Source of the DNA: Basidiobolus ranarum
Taxonomy: Eukaryota
DNA: 61,658 bases
Direction: 5' to 3'
NCBI GenBank assembly: GCA_040143965.1
Contig: JASJQH010006881.1
Location: 1 to 61,658 of the forward strand
Shown: piece by piece, positions 49,855 through 61,658 of the stretch
How positions within the stretch are numbered: the stretch's first letter is position 1
Layout of the letters: each line of letters starts with the position of its first letter
Position numbers and translations under genes: made by a program
The notes under the pieces: generated by a model
What the model was told of the DNA's origin: nothing
The model's input: only the letters and a program-made list of their open reading frames with translations
Database searches by the model: none

Positions 49855-52011
49855 TTAAAGGACTTTGACTGATTTAGGTCGTCCATGTTGCTCTTGCTCA
49901 AAGCGGAGAGACTGGCATACGTTATATACAAGACCATCGTCACGTACAAAAAGAAGCGGGAGTTCGAGGAACGGTCCATAATTGTGTTGGTAATTGGATC
50001 CAAATAGCTCTTCGTGTTTGGGAAGATGGGCAACCAGAACAGTTTCATGACCTTTCATAACGACAGAGCCGACTGATGGCCAAATGACACGAATATCAAG
50101 TGGACCATGATTACCGAGCCAAACTTCCAATGGCTGGTCATGAGCGTGGAAATGTCGTATAGTAAGCTCCAGAGTGTTTGTATTTGGCTTGTAAATAGGT
50201 GGACTACTTAAGGAGGGAAAAGGTGTAATGGGGCGAGTGGTGGGACCAAGGCTTTCTAGATAGTTATATTCAAACTTCGAGATACCCACTATAGTCCATG
50301 ATAGATAATCATCAACCTCTTCAATGAGGCCTGAGGCTTCCATGGAGTCAATTCCTTGTGTATTCAGTTTGGCTCGTTTGTAGGATAAAAATGGGTTAGA
50401 TGCTGTGGCGGTATCGTGTTGGTCACTGGGAGAACTAGATGCAGATAGATACATCATAACGCCAGAATCAGTGTCATCCAGCTTTTGCAAGGCTACCTTT
50501 TGCATTTGACTCACAGGTCCCGAGGCATTTTGTGCGATTCTTCCTTTTTCAACTTTCCGTATAATTAAAGGGTCCGAACAGAATCCTGTGGCGGTATCAG
50601 TCAAGATGATTTGAGAGCCATAAGTGACAGGTGAGTTGAGCAAAGGTCTGTTGGTATCACCAGATGTAGAGTTGACAAGGGTGATGGAAAATGCAGACCA
50701 AGTGGAGTTCTTCGCACAGAGCATACCAGAGTCAATGCCCATGTATTTAGTGCGTACAGTTTGAGAGTTGATACGGTTGAAGAGAGAAACGGTGGATCCA
50801 GAAAAGATGCAAGATGAGACGTTCCTTGTCTTTGAAGTTTTCTTCGAGGGTTTGGATATAATAGATATAGGCGAGGAGTCAAAAGTGGCGTGTGGAATAG
50901 GGTTCTTATTGTTAAAAACCTAGAAGCGCAACATCATTGTTAGAAATAAGCACCACCAATGTATAATTCAAAAATCCTTAAGTACCTTAAGTTTCAAAGC
51001 AAATTGTTTGGCTTTAGCGGTGCCGCTTACATGTAAATACTTAAAAGTACCGCCATTATTCTCATCTAGCATAGCCTTTTGTTCGAGTTGCCCTGGTCCA
51101 GAACCAGCTTCGCAAATGACTGACATACTAAGTTGAGGTTTCTCCGCAGAGCTAGAACCATGAACGGTAACAACCGGTGGTGGACATAAAAACCGCTTTT
51201 CAGTACCATATGACTTCTGAGCAACCGACGCATGCCAACATGTGATTCTGGTCATGTTAGACAGAAATGTACTTGGGTTGGAGCCATAGTTTTCAGTTAC
51301 AGGTAAAATTCTGTCCCCGATTTTCTTTTGAATTTTCATACGCTGATTCATATGTGTTTCTTCAAAGCTATAGGAGGCTTTACGCTTCCTATCCACTTGA
51401 GGGTCATTATAGTAGTTGTCGATAACGGGAGTAATAGGAGACATATTGTATTGGGGGTATGCTGAGATGTCCTGGCCATTGACGGAGTGAGGAGAATGAG
51501 TACCGTAATATGTGTGAGGTGGCTGAGATATAGAGGTGTTGGAAGACATCATTGAGGGGATTGATAAACTTCTTCTGGGAGAGAAATAGTCTACGATCGG
51601 TGTGGACGCTGCATCAACGATAGCGGATATCGACATTGTTGTTGAAGGAGAGCGTTCTGGAACAGTGCCTGGTATCTCACCATATTGATTAGTCCCACCG
51701 ACAGGAGAGGTTGAAATAAAAGGTTTGAACGGGTTGTTGTTTTCGCTCATGACCCGTGAGGGTTGTATGGGAATGGGTAGATGATGATCAATAGCAGAGA
51801 GCAAAGACTCCATACTGTTGCTTATAAACTGTGGAAATTTACGATCTTGATAAGCAGCCAATCCACTTGTTTGTACTATGTGAGGTTGCTGCGTAGATTG
51901 TGGGTAAATGGTAGACTTAGCAGTAGATTGAGTGCTAGGATAAGAGTAATGATATTGTGAGTCTAGCTGACGATTTTGAAGATGCCCGGTAGAGATGTTG
52001 GAGTGACTCAT
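49855..52011 (-). CDS. CSL (CBF1/Su(H)/LAG-1) transcription factor, fungal class F1 (Cbf11-like), 2 exons
   Basis: HASVAQKSYGTEKRFLCPPP, FKYLHV, IISKPSKK, LFNRINSQTVRTKY, VSQMQKVAL, WTIVG. Intron 50920-50985. Low-complexity N-terminus. Confidence 0.93.
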
Positions 52012-52564
52012 AGTTTGTACAATGATTTACAGAAGATATGATAACATTCACTACACCAGGCTAGGATGAGTAAGAATAGGAGATAATCAAGGGCTTGGTC
52101 AATGCCAAATTACTGATTGTTGACACAAGAGAGAAGAGATGGACTTTGCTGTTCTCCCCACCCCGACCATGCTTTTATACTTTGGGACAGTCAATCGATC
52201 ATCATGTTTGATTGGATCACCAAGACTTCATATAAGAAACACATTAAGATGGCGCGTGTGTGTTTCTTGACCGCAGTGTATTAAAGTTAGTTGCTTGAGA
52301 AAGATGAATGGATAAAGACAGATGATCAAGTGGTTCCAGGATTGGCGTGGGATGAAACGGAAGCGACACAAGAAACTAGAAATCACCTCGTCGTTGTCGG
52401 CATTCCTATATCTGTCTATATCTGCCTATATCTACCCATATTTGGCATGCTGGACAAGTTGCTCAGGAGGGAGAGTATTCAAGGGTTCGTAGAGGTGGTT
52501 GATTAGATTTATGAAGGGAGATCTGAGGCCAGATCTGATATACCTAGCTAGCCGAAATGGACAC

Positions 52565-53814
52565 TGTGGGAAGAACATGCTCAGCACCTCTTCCCCCAAA
52601 AAATGAATACTCAACAGGTTAGAGGTTACAAGTTACAGTCTACAGGCTTCTTTATCTTTATTTGCTCAGTTTTAGGGATCGGAATGTTCGCACGTGCATT
52701 TTGATGAAGCGGGAATACCCGCCAATCAATAGCATTCAGCCAGCAACGCAAGTAACAAGGAAGAGTTAGCCGACATTGGGTGCAATTAGCTCTGTGGACT
52801 CTAGATGATTTGGCACGAGTATAAGAATATATGCACGATATGTATGAGAAAAGGCACTGAAGCTAGCTCAACGCTAGTTCCGTGCCTTAAATGGCTATTC
52901 AGATTTAAAACTGCCACTCGTGATGTTTTTCATCCCGATTACCTTTATTAGGTTGAGAATAGTCTTGGTCATCTGATACTAAACAATTAGGCCTGGGGTT
53001 TATGGTTACGGGTAACGGTGGCTGTGGGCTAACGTGTTTCGAAATTCTACTATAGGGCCAAGATATGTTGTGTAATAGAAAGCCTGATTTAGCGTGTAAC
53101 CATCGTAGATAGACCTTGCTATCCGGTTTATATTATCCACTTGCACACGGTAAGAATGAGTCAGGCTCAGGCAATGATGTTCGGTAATAATGCTCTGGTG
53201 TCTGCTGAGAACTTGCATAGTTGCTGCTATCGGTAGGTGACAACTACTCTAGGAAACATCACCAGTCATTGTACTTCGGTTCCTCACATCCCATTGTGAC
53301 TTCTTGTGCTTTCCCAATTAGCCCATGTATATTAAAACACCGCTAATAATAACAAAGATCTGTTTGTTTTGTCGAGTTAGTAAATAAAACAGGTAATTCA
53401 CTATTCTTGCCACATATTTAGACTAATTTGAGTAGATTTGATTTTATCTATTGAGCAATGTCTGCCGTGAGAATGGAAGTCCTGATACTACTCTCAAATA
53501 TATACCTCAAGTGCCAATATACTAAAGTGCCAATATACGGTTGCTTTTGTGAAACGAACGATAGTGAATCTTATCAGCTCTTATCCATCGCGAGCGGTGT
53601 ATATGTGGCATATTAGAAGCCAGTATGAAATGAAAATGGGAATGAATTGAGAAGTAACTGCTTGTGTGAAGGTGATTGTGTGGAGCATGAAGAGGATATG
53701 CCACCCAACATAGATGCGATCGAGTTGAATGACTGCTATTGAATGGCATTCTAACGATATTTACTTGATGATTACTGTATATACTTGATGATTGCTGTAT
53801 ATTCTCTTCTCACA
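52565..53814. promoter_or_regulatory. Three candidate CSL elements upstream of the CSL gene (TGTGGGAA 52565-52572, CGTGAGAA 53466-53473, TTCTCACA 53807-53814)
   Basis: Exact matches to YGTGRGAA; function not demonstrated. Confidence 0.4.
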
Positions 53815-54379
53815 CTTTTATTACTATCCATGTGATAAGGATCTATGGACCAAAAGCGGATGATTGAGTAGTTTTGAGTCATGTGGGTCTATAGAGTATT
53901 GTCCTGCCACCATACTAAACATACATAATGCTTGCCACATAATCTGCATACATTTAGCGATTCACTTACATTTAGCGATTCACATACATTCATTTAGCGA
54001 TTCTTCGAACGATAATCTTTGCACTTATTCGTCTCTCACCCCTTCTTCAATACTCATCGGATAAAGCCAAATATATGACGCCATTTACATGCACAATGTT
54101 GCCGACAATATAATTATTCTAATTCAACATGTCTGAACAAATCATATTTAGCCAGCATCATTCATATTGTATTAACAAGGCTATTGAAAACACCCTACAC
54201 ACCGGCGAGAAACTCTCGACGCTGATGGTGGGATAATGATCGATTATTGTACTCTAATCTAAATGTAAAGCGACTTGTAAAGCGACTGTGGAAATGTTTT
54301 AAATATAGTGACTTCTTGTTATTGCTATGTGATAAATATAAAACGAATATACAACGGAATCATTATTCTATTTCTGAGC

Positions 54380-55619
54380 TTATTTGCATTCTTGGATCTC
54401 ACCCGTTCTATGATAGAATGTCGAGGCCCTGATAAAAGGCTGTAACTCATGACCAGCTTCTCTTAATTGTTGAGCTGCATTCTGTCTTTCTTGATCCAAA
54501 GTGACCGGATCTTTTATCCACTTTTCTGTGACCCGAACAAATGCCTTCACGGTTTCCCAGAAATGTTGATGTGCTTTTTGCTTCTCTTGGGATGAGACAG
54601 TGGATTCAAGCTCCTCTAGTGTAGGTGGAACATAGCGATATTCGTATGGATCTTTTCCCCCAAAAGACTCTAGTAATTGCTCGGGATCTATATGATTGCA
54701 TAACTCTTTTCGTTTACAAAAGATAATCTTCGATTGGATAACTGGGTCAAGTAATGGGGATATCATCTTCCAGAAGCCTAGATATGAACAATAGATTGGT
54801 ATATAAATCATGGTGTTGACTCTCATTATTTTGCTGACCTGAAAATACCCACGGAGCATCTACTATGTACAAGTTGCCTAAACACTCCGGATAATATGCC
54901 TCCATACAACCGACCAAAAAGTTGGCCGCGGAGAAATCCTTTTAAGTATAATCCTTAATATACGTATCTTTACTTGGATTACAAAGAGAATCAACCACTT
55001 TACCACTTTGCTCATATTAAATCCACTAGTATCTATAATGGCGGATACTTTGCCGTCCTTATCGTCGTCAAGTAAGAGTCTGCCGGTTTCCACTGTCCAA
55101 ATAACATACTGCTTAAGCTCAAGCAAGGTTTGAGCCTTTGGATGCCAGTGATGCACATACGCTATGCTAAAAAAAGAGTTAGCAAAAGTAAATCCGTTGT
55201 TATACAAAAGTTACTCGCCATAGAGGACGTCCGTAAGGATCTCGACCATGAAAATGGGTCAAACCATCTTGTAGTAATTTCTGGTTTAACGTAGTTTCCC
55301 CTTTTTCTATAATACTCTCCACATCTTCGTCTAGCCGCCAATCTAACGCGTTCATAAACATTTCACATGACTTTTGTACGTCAAACTTACGTGCACGTAA
55401 GAACCTTAGTAAAATGTTGTCAGGGTGATCAAATAGGATGATTTTCCAGAAGGCTTTCTCTACACCCCCTAGACCAGAGTCGTCTTTTGGGAAACTTTCG
55501 TTGCGTGGGTGGTCTCGAATTTTTGGAAGTACTTCCGACCACATTAAGCGTAGGCTTTTTAACTCAGTATCGGATAATTTTGAGTGCATTGCTCCTTTCC
55601 CTGACTCTTTGCTAGACAT
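54380..55619 (-). CDS. CRAL-TRIO/Sec14-family lipid transfer protein (Csr1-like), 4 exons
   Basis: DHPDNILLRFLRARKFDVQKS...WR, GRDPYGRP, IIDTSGF, EAYYPECLG, FWKMISPLLDP...SKIIF, FGGKDPYEYRY. Confidence 0.92.
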
Positions 55620-56172
55620 AATGTATCGTTTGGGCTTTCACAGAATTTAGAAGTCTACTTTGGATTCAAAGGCAAGAGTATGTACTATTGTAAATTTATT
55701 TAGCTAACTCCTTTGAACTTCCGATCGCTCAATGATGTCCTATTTTAGCTTCAAGTATTTATTTACACGTTTCCATATCACTATAATGGAATATATATAT
55801 TTCTGAGCAATTCTCTCTACGTGGATTTCTCTCAGTTGACACGAATACTCGTATATCATTGGATGAAACCAGATCAGTTGACTAAAGATGATTAATGCCA
55901 AGATCTGGTTGGCTCTGTATTTATATATTAGAAATACTTTACAGACAACTGACATAAGATTCAAGAGATAGATGTGCTTTGTCACATCAGCCCAATGAGT
56001 ATTGTATTAATATAGAGGGAATTGGTTTTTTAACGATTACTGTTCTTTTGAGGTTGCTGCATTACTGTATTATATCTATAATATACATTCAGAGTTTCAT
56101 ATTCATTGTTGCAGAGTGAGGTCATGCATTATGCTCTACACCTCGTTTATATATTGATAATAGTGGAGGAAT

Positions 56173-58213
56173 CTACAGGCTGTTTGGATATGAAAGTGGT
56201 TTGGAAAGAGGATAACACACTCTGGTACGCTTGGAGAATCTAATGTATCGTTTTTGATACAACCCTTGGGCCATTGGGGGTACCAGGTGATTCCAGGCGG
56301 TATAGTCACTATGAGTTTCAAGTCGATACCTTGTGAGGAGATTGGCCAATGTACTCTGAACAAGCATGAAGACCAACCTAAAAGAGTAGTGGGATCAGTA
56401 CATATGGATATGAATATTCTGTGCTTAAACCATACCTCTGACTAGTGTAATGAGCAAATTCAGTAGAGCTCAGATATATGGGCTCCGGGAGATTTTCTTC
56501 TACAGGATCTCTTTCTTCACCAGGCAAAATAAATGGATGGTTTATTACCTTGAAAGGGATTCGCAGTTCAGTATTTCTCGGGAGCAAACACTTTCCTAAT
56601 TGAAATGGCTCGTGTCCGGTATATCTAAGGAGATCGTTAAATGTTGAGCAATCCATACTTTTCTGGATGACTTGTTGAAACTGCTTCATAGGTTTGAGAT
56701 GTTTGAAGGTCAATAAATGATGCTTGTACTTCTCCTCAAATGTCACTCTCATTTTCCCTCGATCTTCAACATCCATCTTCTGATATTCACTATCGATTAT
56801 CTGAGAAATTCTCGCTTCAATCTGCTCCAAGGTTGACGTATCATTGAGGATATTCTCAAAGGCAGAGCTCAGGCATGTGAACAGGGTTTCCTCAATGTTG
56901 AGACTGATTTGTTTGAGTAAAAGATTAGATATAATTTTGATGCTGTCAAAGAACTGAATGTCTTCTTACATCAATGTTAGAATTTCCTCAGTTATTCTCT
57001 CTTCACTTTGCTTGTGTAGCAGATCCTTAGTTCTTTCCAAGCGAAAGTTAATGATACTTCCCAATTGGATTTGATGATCATCCGATTCCGCATCCTCAAT
57101 CAGCGCCAGAATTTTCTATGAATAAATATCAGCCATATTGGATATTCTATTTAGCCATGATGTTGATGCGTACCCGCTTCAGTTCTTCATCACATGTACG
57201 GGATGTTGTTCGAAGTGGCGAAAAGGGAATCCAAGTAAGGATCGGATATCGATGTGCCTAACAGTGACGTAAATCCAATGCAAAGCGAAGGCTTGTAGCG
57301 TAGCAAACAAATCTTACCATATTTTTCCACTTTCTACTTTCGTAAATCAGATTGACGACACATTCGTGTCGATATTTGGTCAGCTTTTTAGAGTCCAAGC
57401 CAAGAACGACAGTGGCGATAATGTCAGATACCAACTTGCTAATAATTTTCCTCTTTTCAAAAACCATCCCCGGTCTGATCAGCGTATCTTTTACGGTGTG
57501 ATCATCTGATGTGTTAAAGAGCCTATCGATTACCGCTATAACTCTAGGCTCAATCAGAAGTGAGTCTCTCTCATCAACGACATGACTTGGCTCTGCCTAT
57601 TGAAACATGCTTAGAACAGGAGCTTATTTCAGATCTACCAATGACTTACCAAGCTTGCGTATGGACTGTCACAATGCATAATTCAACTTTAGTCAGGAGA
57701 AAAGATATTCGTACGATTATCAATCACTTACCTATACCCGCGCCTTCCAACCTCTAAATTGCTGTTCTTCAGGATTTGCATAATCAATTCTGGATCAGCC
57801 ACTGAAATTTTACTTAGTCCTACAATGAAGTAAATCTTAGGAAGCAGTCACAGAAGCAAACTAAGCTACGTTATTAGGACATCATCCCATACCTATCCTG
57901 ACGACTGGTCCGAACTTTACGTGTAATTGATCATAGTGCATCTTACTGTGCAAAATCCATTTGGAGAACCACAATCTCACCTCCAACTTTATTAATTCAT
58001 ACCATTTTGGACTTGGTATTGTTCGCAAGGGATCTGTAAGAATCCTTCGTAACTAAAGAGAAGATGGATGTGAATAAACATTCAAAGTTAATCCAGTTTT
58101 GAGCTAGCCATTACCAAGCAAAATCCTCTCCATAGAAATAGGATTACACCAAATGTGGTTACTAAAGCAACGAGAGATTGGCTCAAGTCAGACCACTTTG
58201 AGCCGTTGTCCAT
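56173..58213 (-). CDS. Cytochrome P450-fold protein lacking the heme-ligating Cys (non-canonical P450 or pseudoenzyme), 9 exons, 514 aa
   Basis: Exons 58213-58115, 58052-57893, 57819-57732, 57665-57650, 57596-57318, 57257-57174, 57115-56970, 56903-56436, 56377-56173 splice in frame (1545 nt, all GT-AG). N-terminal TM anchor, DPLRTIPSP, LHVKFGPVVRIG, ISVADPELIMQIL, LVSDIIATVVLG, LGKCLLPRNTEL. Confidence 0.85.
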
Positions 58214-58947
58214 AGTTACCGATTGTTTAAAGTTAAAACCAGAGAGAAGGTATTCCAAGAATGTGAATAAAACTCAGCATTCATTCATTCATTTATTTTC
58301 CTATCCATTCCCTTTGCAATCTCTCATATCTTAAATGCCCCTTACTATCCAACATGGCAATTTAACCGTCACTTCAATCCATATATTCTCATTTCGATGG
58401 TCATTTTCATTCAGGAATGGATCATAGCCATGCACCCCTGGCTGAAATTCAATCTAAAAGGATGATTAAGCAAGATTCAACCCTACTACCCTACTACCAC
58501 TGAGGTGATTAGGTAAGATTCAATTGAAAAAAGATTCAGAAATTGAATATAGTAAGAATGACGACTAGTGGTCATCGGAGATCGATTAGTAAAACGTCAC
58601 TAATCATCTCGGTATTTCCTCAATAAATGAACACTCGCCACTGTTACTAATTCGGATTCAACATCCAGCAGCGAAGATAAAAAAGAACAAGTGCATCGGA
58701 GATAGTTCATATATGAATATTCAGGTCGGGGATAAAATGATTTCCGCCAGCTTCGGGACATAGCTCTGCCTACTCTCCTCCATAAGGGAATAAATAGAGC
58801 TGGATAATTGGTGTCGATAATACCGATTCGATTCACCCAATTTGACAGTTCTAGATGATTTTTTATGAACCATTATCCCGAGCCGAAAGCAAACTTCGCA
58901 TAAATAGAGTGCACAGTATACCGTTATTGCTGTATTGTTCGTTTGAA

Positions 58948-59784
58948 ATGGCTCAAGAAAGTGATATACTCGGCTACCCTGGCTACTGGGGAAGCGCTAC
59001 ATCTTCGGTGGATTGGTGTGAAACGAATTATGAGTATAGCTACTATGTAGCAGAGATGTTCAACAGTTTCTCTTCTTTGGCGATGGTGGTTATTGGCGAG
59101 CTTGGTGCATATCTACATCCACAATCCGAGTTTCGGTATCGTTTCGCCTTCCGTTTGATCTCTGTTGTGGGATGGGGAAGTTTACTATTCCATGGCACCC
59201 TCAAGTACGAAACACAAATGCTCGACGAGGTACCGATGTGTTGGGCAGCGGCTATGCTTTTCTACTGCCTGATCCGAAATAAATACCCGAACATCGGTGC
59301 GTGGTTTCCAATCCTCTTGGGAGCCTACACAGCCATAGTCACTGCTATTGTTTCTTTAAATTCAGGGAAGGTCCAGTTCTATCTATTTCATTTTACTTTC
59401 GCAAGTTTAGAATTGGCCGATATATTGTTCATGTTCCATATTTACCGTACTAAGCGACAAGAATCAGCAACCATTAAGTGGCTTTTCGAATCGGGACTAG
59501 GAATGTATGTGTCGGCAATGCTGATCTGGTTCACTGATTTCAATTTTTGTAAGTATTTAAACAGTCACGTCGCCCAAGCCTTAGGAAACATCACCGTAGT
59601 GGCGTTTAACCCACAATTTCATGCGGTTTGGCATGTCATGGTTTCAGCTGGACTCTATTGCTTGTGTCTACTTATCCTAGTGGATCGACAGGAAACGTTG
59701 GGATATAGAACTAAACTTCAGTATCTGTTCCATTTTATACCATATGTCTGTTGGGAGGATTTCCCTAACCCTAAAGCCTATTAG
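58948..59784 (+). CDS. Alkaline ceramidase (ACER3/Ypc1/Ydc1 family), intronless
   Basis: GYWGSATSSVDWCETNY...AEMFNSFS, GSLLFHGTLKYETQMLDEVPM, HAVWH; 7-TM CREST motifs. Confidence 0.95.
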   Translation: MAQESDILGYPGYWGSATSSVDWCETNYEYSYYVAEMFNSFSSLAMVVIGELGAYLHPQSEFRYRFAFRLISVVGWGSLLFHGTLKYETQMLDEVPMCWAAAMLFYCLIRNKYPNIGAWFPILLGAYTAIVTAIVSLNSGKVQFYLFHFTFASLELADILFMFHIYRTKRQESATIKWLFESGLGMYVSAMLIWFTDFNFCKYLNSHVAQALGNITVVAFNPQFHAVWHVMVSAGLYCLCLLILVDRQETLGYRTKLQYLFHFIPYVCWEDFPNPKAY

Positions 59785-60152
59785 AATACTGGCTTGGCCA
59801 ATTGTATAGTTGTTCTCATTTCAATATATCGATTTCTTAAACAAACCATCTCTTCACGAATTTACTAACATATGTATACATCAATAAGAATAAGAGAAGG
59901 ATATAAGAAACAATGGAAACATAATCCTTGATTTGTCAAGTGAATGGAGAAGTTATAGGGGAAATAATGGTATTGACTACTGGTATTGAGGGAAGGAAAG
60001 ACATACAAATTCTTCTTTAGATTTTTACATAAACAACCGAAACAGTGATACCGAAATTCACATATGAAAGGAAGTGAAGGAGTGAACTACTTAATTTACT
60101 ACACTACTTCAACGAATTGTCGACAATACTTACGCGAACCTTGAACTGATGG

Positions 60153-61201
60153 TTATTGAAGCTCTTTAACTCTCAGAACAGCTTGTAACAGATTGCCCAC
60201 CACAATTAAGGAAATGATGCCTGTAGGGTTTGAGGTTACCTTGATAGTAACACAGGCTTGGGCTAGTGTGAAAACAAATGTGAGATATAACCAGACCCTG
60301 CTAGAACGACTCCACCTCCATGGCTTTAGTGAGGAAGACTGGGATTGTGGACATACAAACAGGCCAAGGGTAATCACTGTTACAAGTAGATTGAATATGT
60401 AACGTATTGGATCATCCACCTATATATTAAATCAATCAAACTTAAACTTGGGATAATCTGCGACATGTAACAACTTACTAGACGGGTTTGCTTAAAATAA
60501 CCATTCATTCCAGCATATCCAATTGCCTCTACATAGAGTGTGGAGCATCCCTCAAGTGTACTAAACAAATCCTCACCAACCACTACACGCTCATCCACTC
60601 GTAATACCACATCACATATATCCAGTGCTTTCAAAGAATTGGGATATTTCTCTTGAAGGGTTTTGTAGATCTCGTGGAGAGGTTGGCTACCTTGAAATGA
60701 CATAGTACACGTAGCATGACCACGAATATTCACTCGAATATCACGTTCTACTTGGAATACATCCAATCAATAATGTTTTTCACTGGAAATTATAAATACT
60801 AGCATACCTTGTTCCGAACATAGAGAGGAATCAGCTAAGCGGTAAAATAATACGTCTTCATTCACGAAGCCTGCGGCAACTAAGTTTGCTTCCAAAATTA
60901 GAGGTTCATCCAGAATATTCCTTAAGGAGCATACTTTTTCTTGTAAAACATCTTGTATACGGTTTCGTAAGGTTTCAACTGTTTCCAATGGAGTGCCAAA
61001 TATGAAAAAATCCATAGACTCAATATTCTCGAGATCATCTATGTTCCTGCATAGTATTCTAAACAGTTTTCCCTCTTCGAGTAAACCAACACCTTCATCA
61101 AGATCCACATGGACTTCGTTCTCTGGGTCGGTTAGGGATTGACTAGAATAATGCAGACAAGACTCACCCAAGGGGTGGTTATCGATAACTCTATCACTCA
61201 T
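60153..61201 (-). CDS. Hypothetical protein with two putative ubiquitin-like domains and C-terminal TM helices, 3 exons
   Basis: Three ORF pieces join in frame via GT-AG introns (donors 60807 and 60478). ETVETLRNRIQ...L..AGF.NED pattern; about 3 hydrophobic segments at the end. Confidence 0.6.
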
Positions 61202-61572
61202 AGAGCGTGTTTTCAAACTTAAAGGCTACTTTACAAGCACCTAAGTATACTTTCCGCGCGTTCTGCAAAGGGCAAGCTGAGTAGATGTGAAGAAGTCAAA
61301 AGTTGAAATCGATAGGGTTTTCGCAATAAAGAGTCAGAAGGAAGGATTATTGTCTTTACAGGATATTCCTTTGGGAGAAAAATCCAACTGAAATGAACTT
61401 GAAGATACCACCGCTTGTTTATCCATTCACGACGTGCTTTTTATATCACCCATAACCAAACCTCTGGTCAACATTTGAAATGTATGGGAACCTGTACTGG
61501 TTACCGTAGTACCATAATTATTTACAATGATGCCTGCAATTAAATCATATCACTCTCTCCCTAGCACAAGGA

Positions 61573-61658
61573 GGGGCCGGGGGGGGGGGGGGGGGGGGTG
61601 GGGGGTGTGGGGGGGGGGGTTGTGGTGGGGGGGGGGGGGGGCGGGAATGGGCGGGGAG
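61573..61658. repeat. Poly-G low-complexity tract at window end
   Basis: Long G runs with sparse T/C/A; likely a contig-end or sequencing artefact. Confidence 0.7.

Noticed and set aside
58855-58947. 31-aa N-terminal extension of the ceramidase
   Set aside because: Homologs begin just before GYWG, so the ATG at 58948 fits better.
61573-61658. Telomere or functional G-quadruplex
   Set aside because: No regular repeat unit; an irregular G run at the sequence end is typical of sequencing or assembly artefacts.

Overview
Gene-dense, intron-rich window from a fungal genome. An early-diverging lineage (Zoopagomycota/Mucoromycota, e.g. Basidiobolus-like) is inferred from CENP-M, a class F1 CSL factor, catalytically intact DIS3L2 and a GDP-fucose-type transporter. 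The first ~1.6 kb is a CpG-free nest of decayed transposons: Ty1/copia LTR pieces, an RNase H remnant and a CACTA transposase fragment. About 22 protein genes follow: CoA-transferase III, arrestin, PWWP-like, cyclin B, eIF3b, Vac7, Pol epsilon, Som1, DIS3L2, nucleotide-sugar transporter, Sec31, proteasome alpha2, Ctk1/CDK12, LONRF, Rrp40, CENP-M, subtilisin, CSL, CRAL-TRIO, a P450-like protein, alkaline ceramidase and an unknown Ubl/TM protein. Three items are missing or fragmentary in the ORF track. (1) An intact 9-exon, 514-aa cytochrome P450-fold gene whose heme-thiolate Cys, ExxR and I-helix motifs are all replaced (Cys appears to be Tyr). (2) A non-coding host gene with intronic box C/D snoRNAs matching yeast snR41 and snR70. 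(3) A CENP-M ortholog that keeps a GxxxxGK P-loop. All gene models were spliced and translated by eye; no database search was run.
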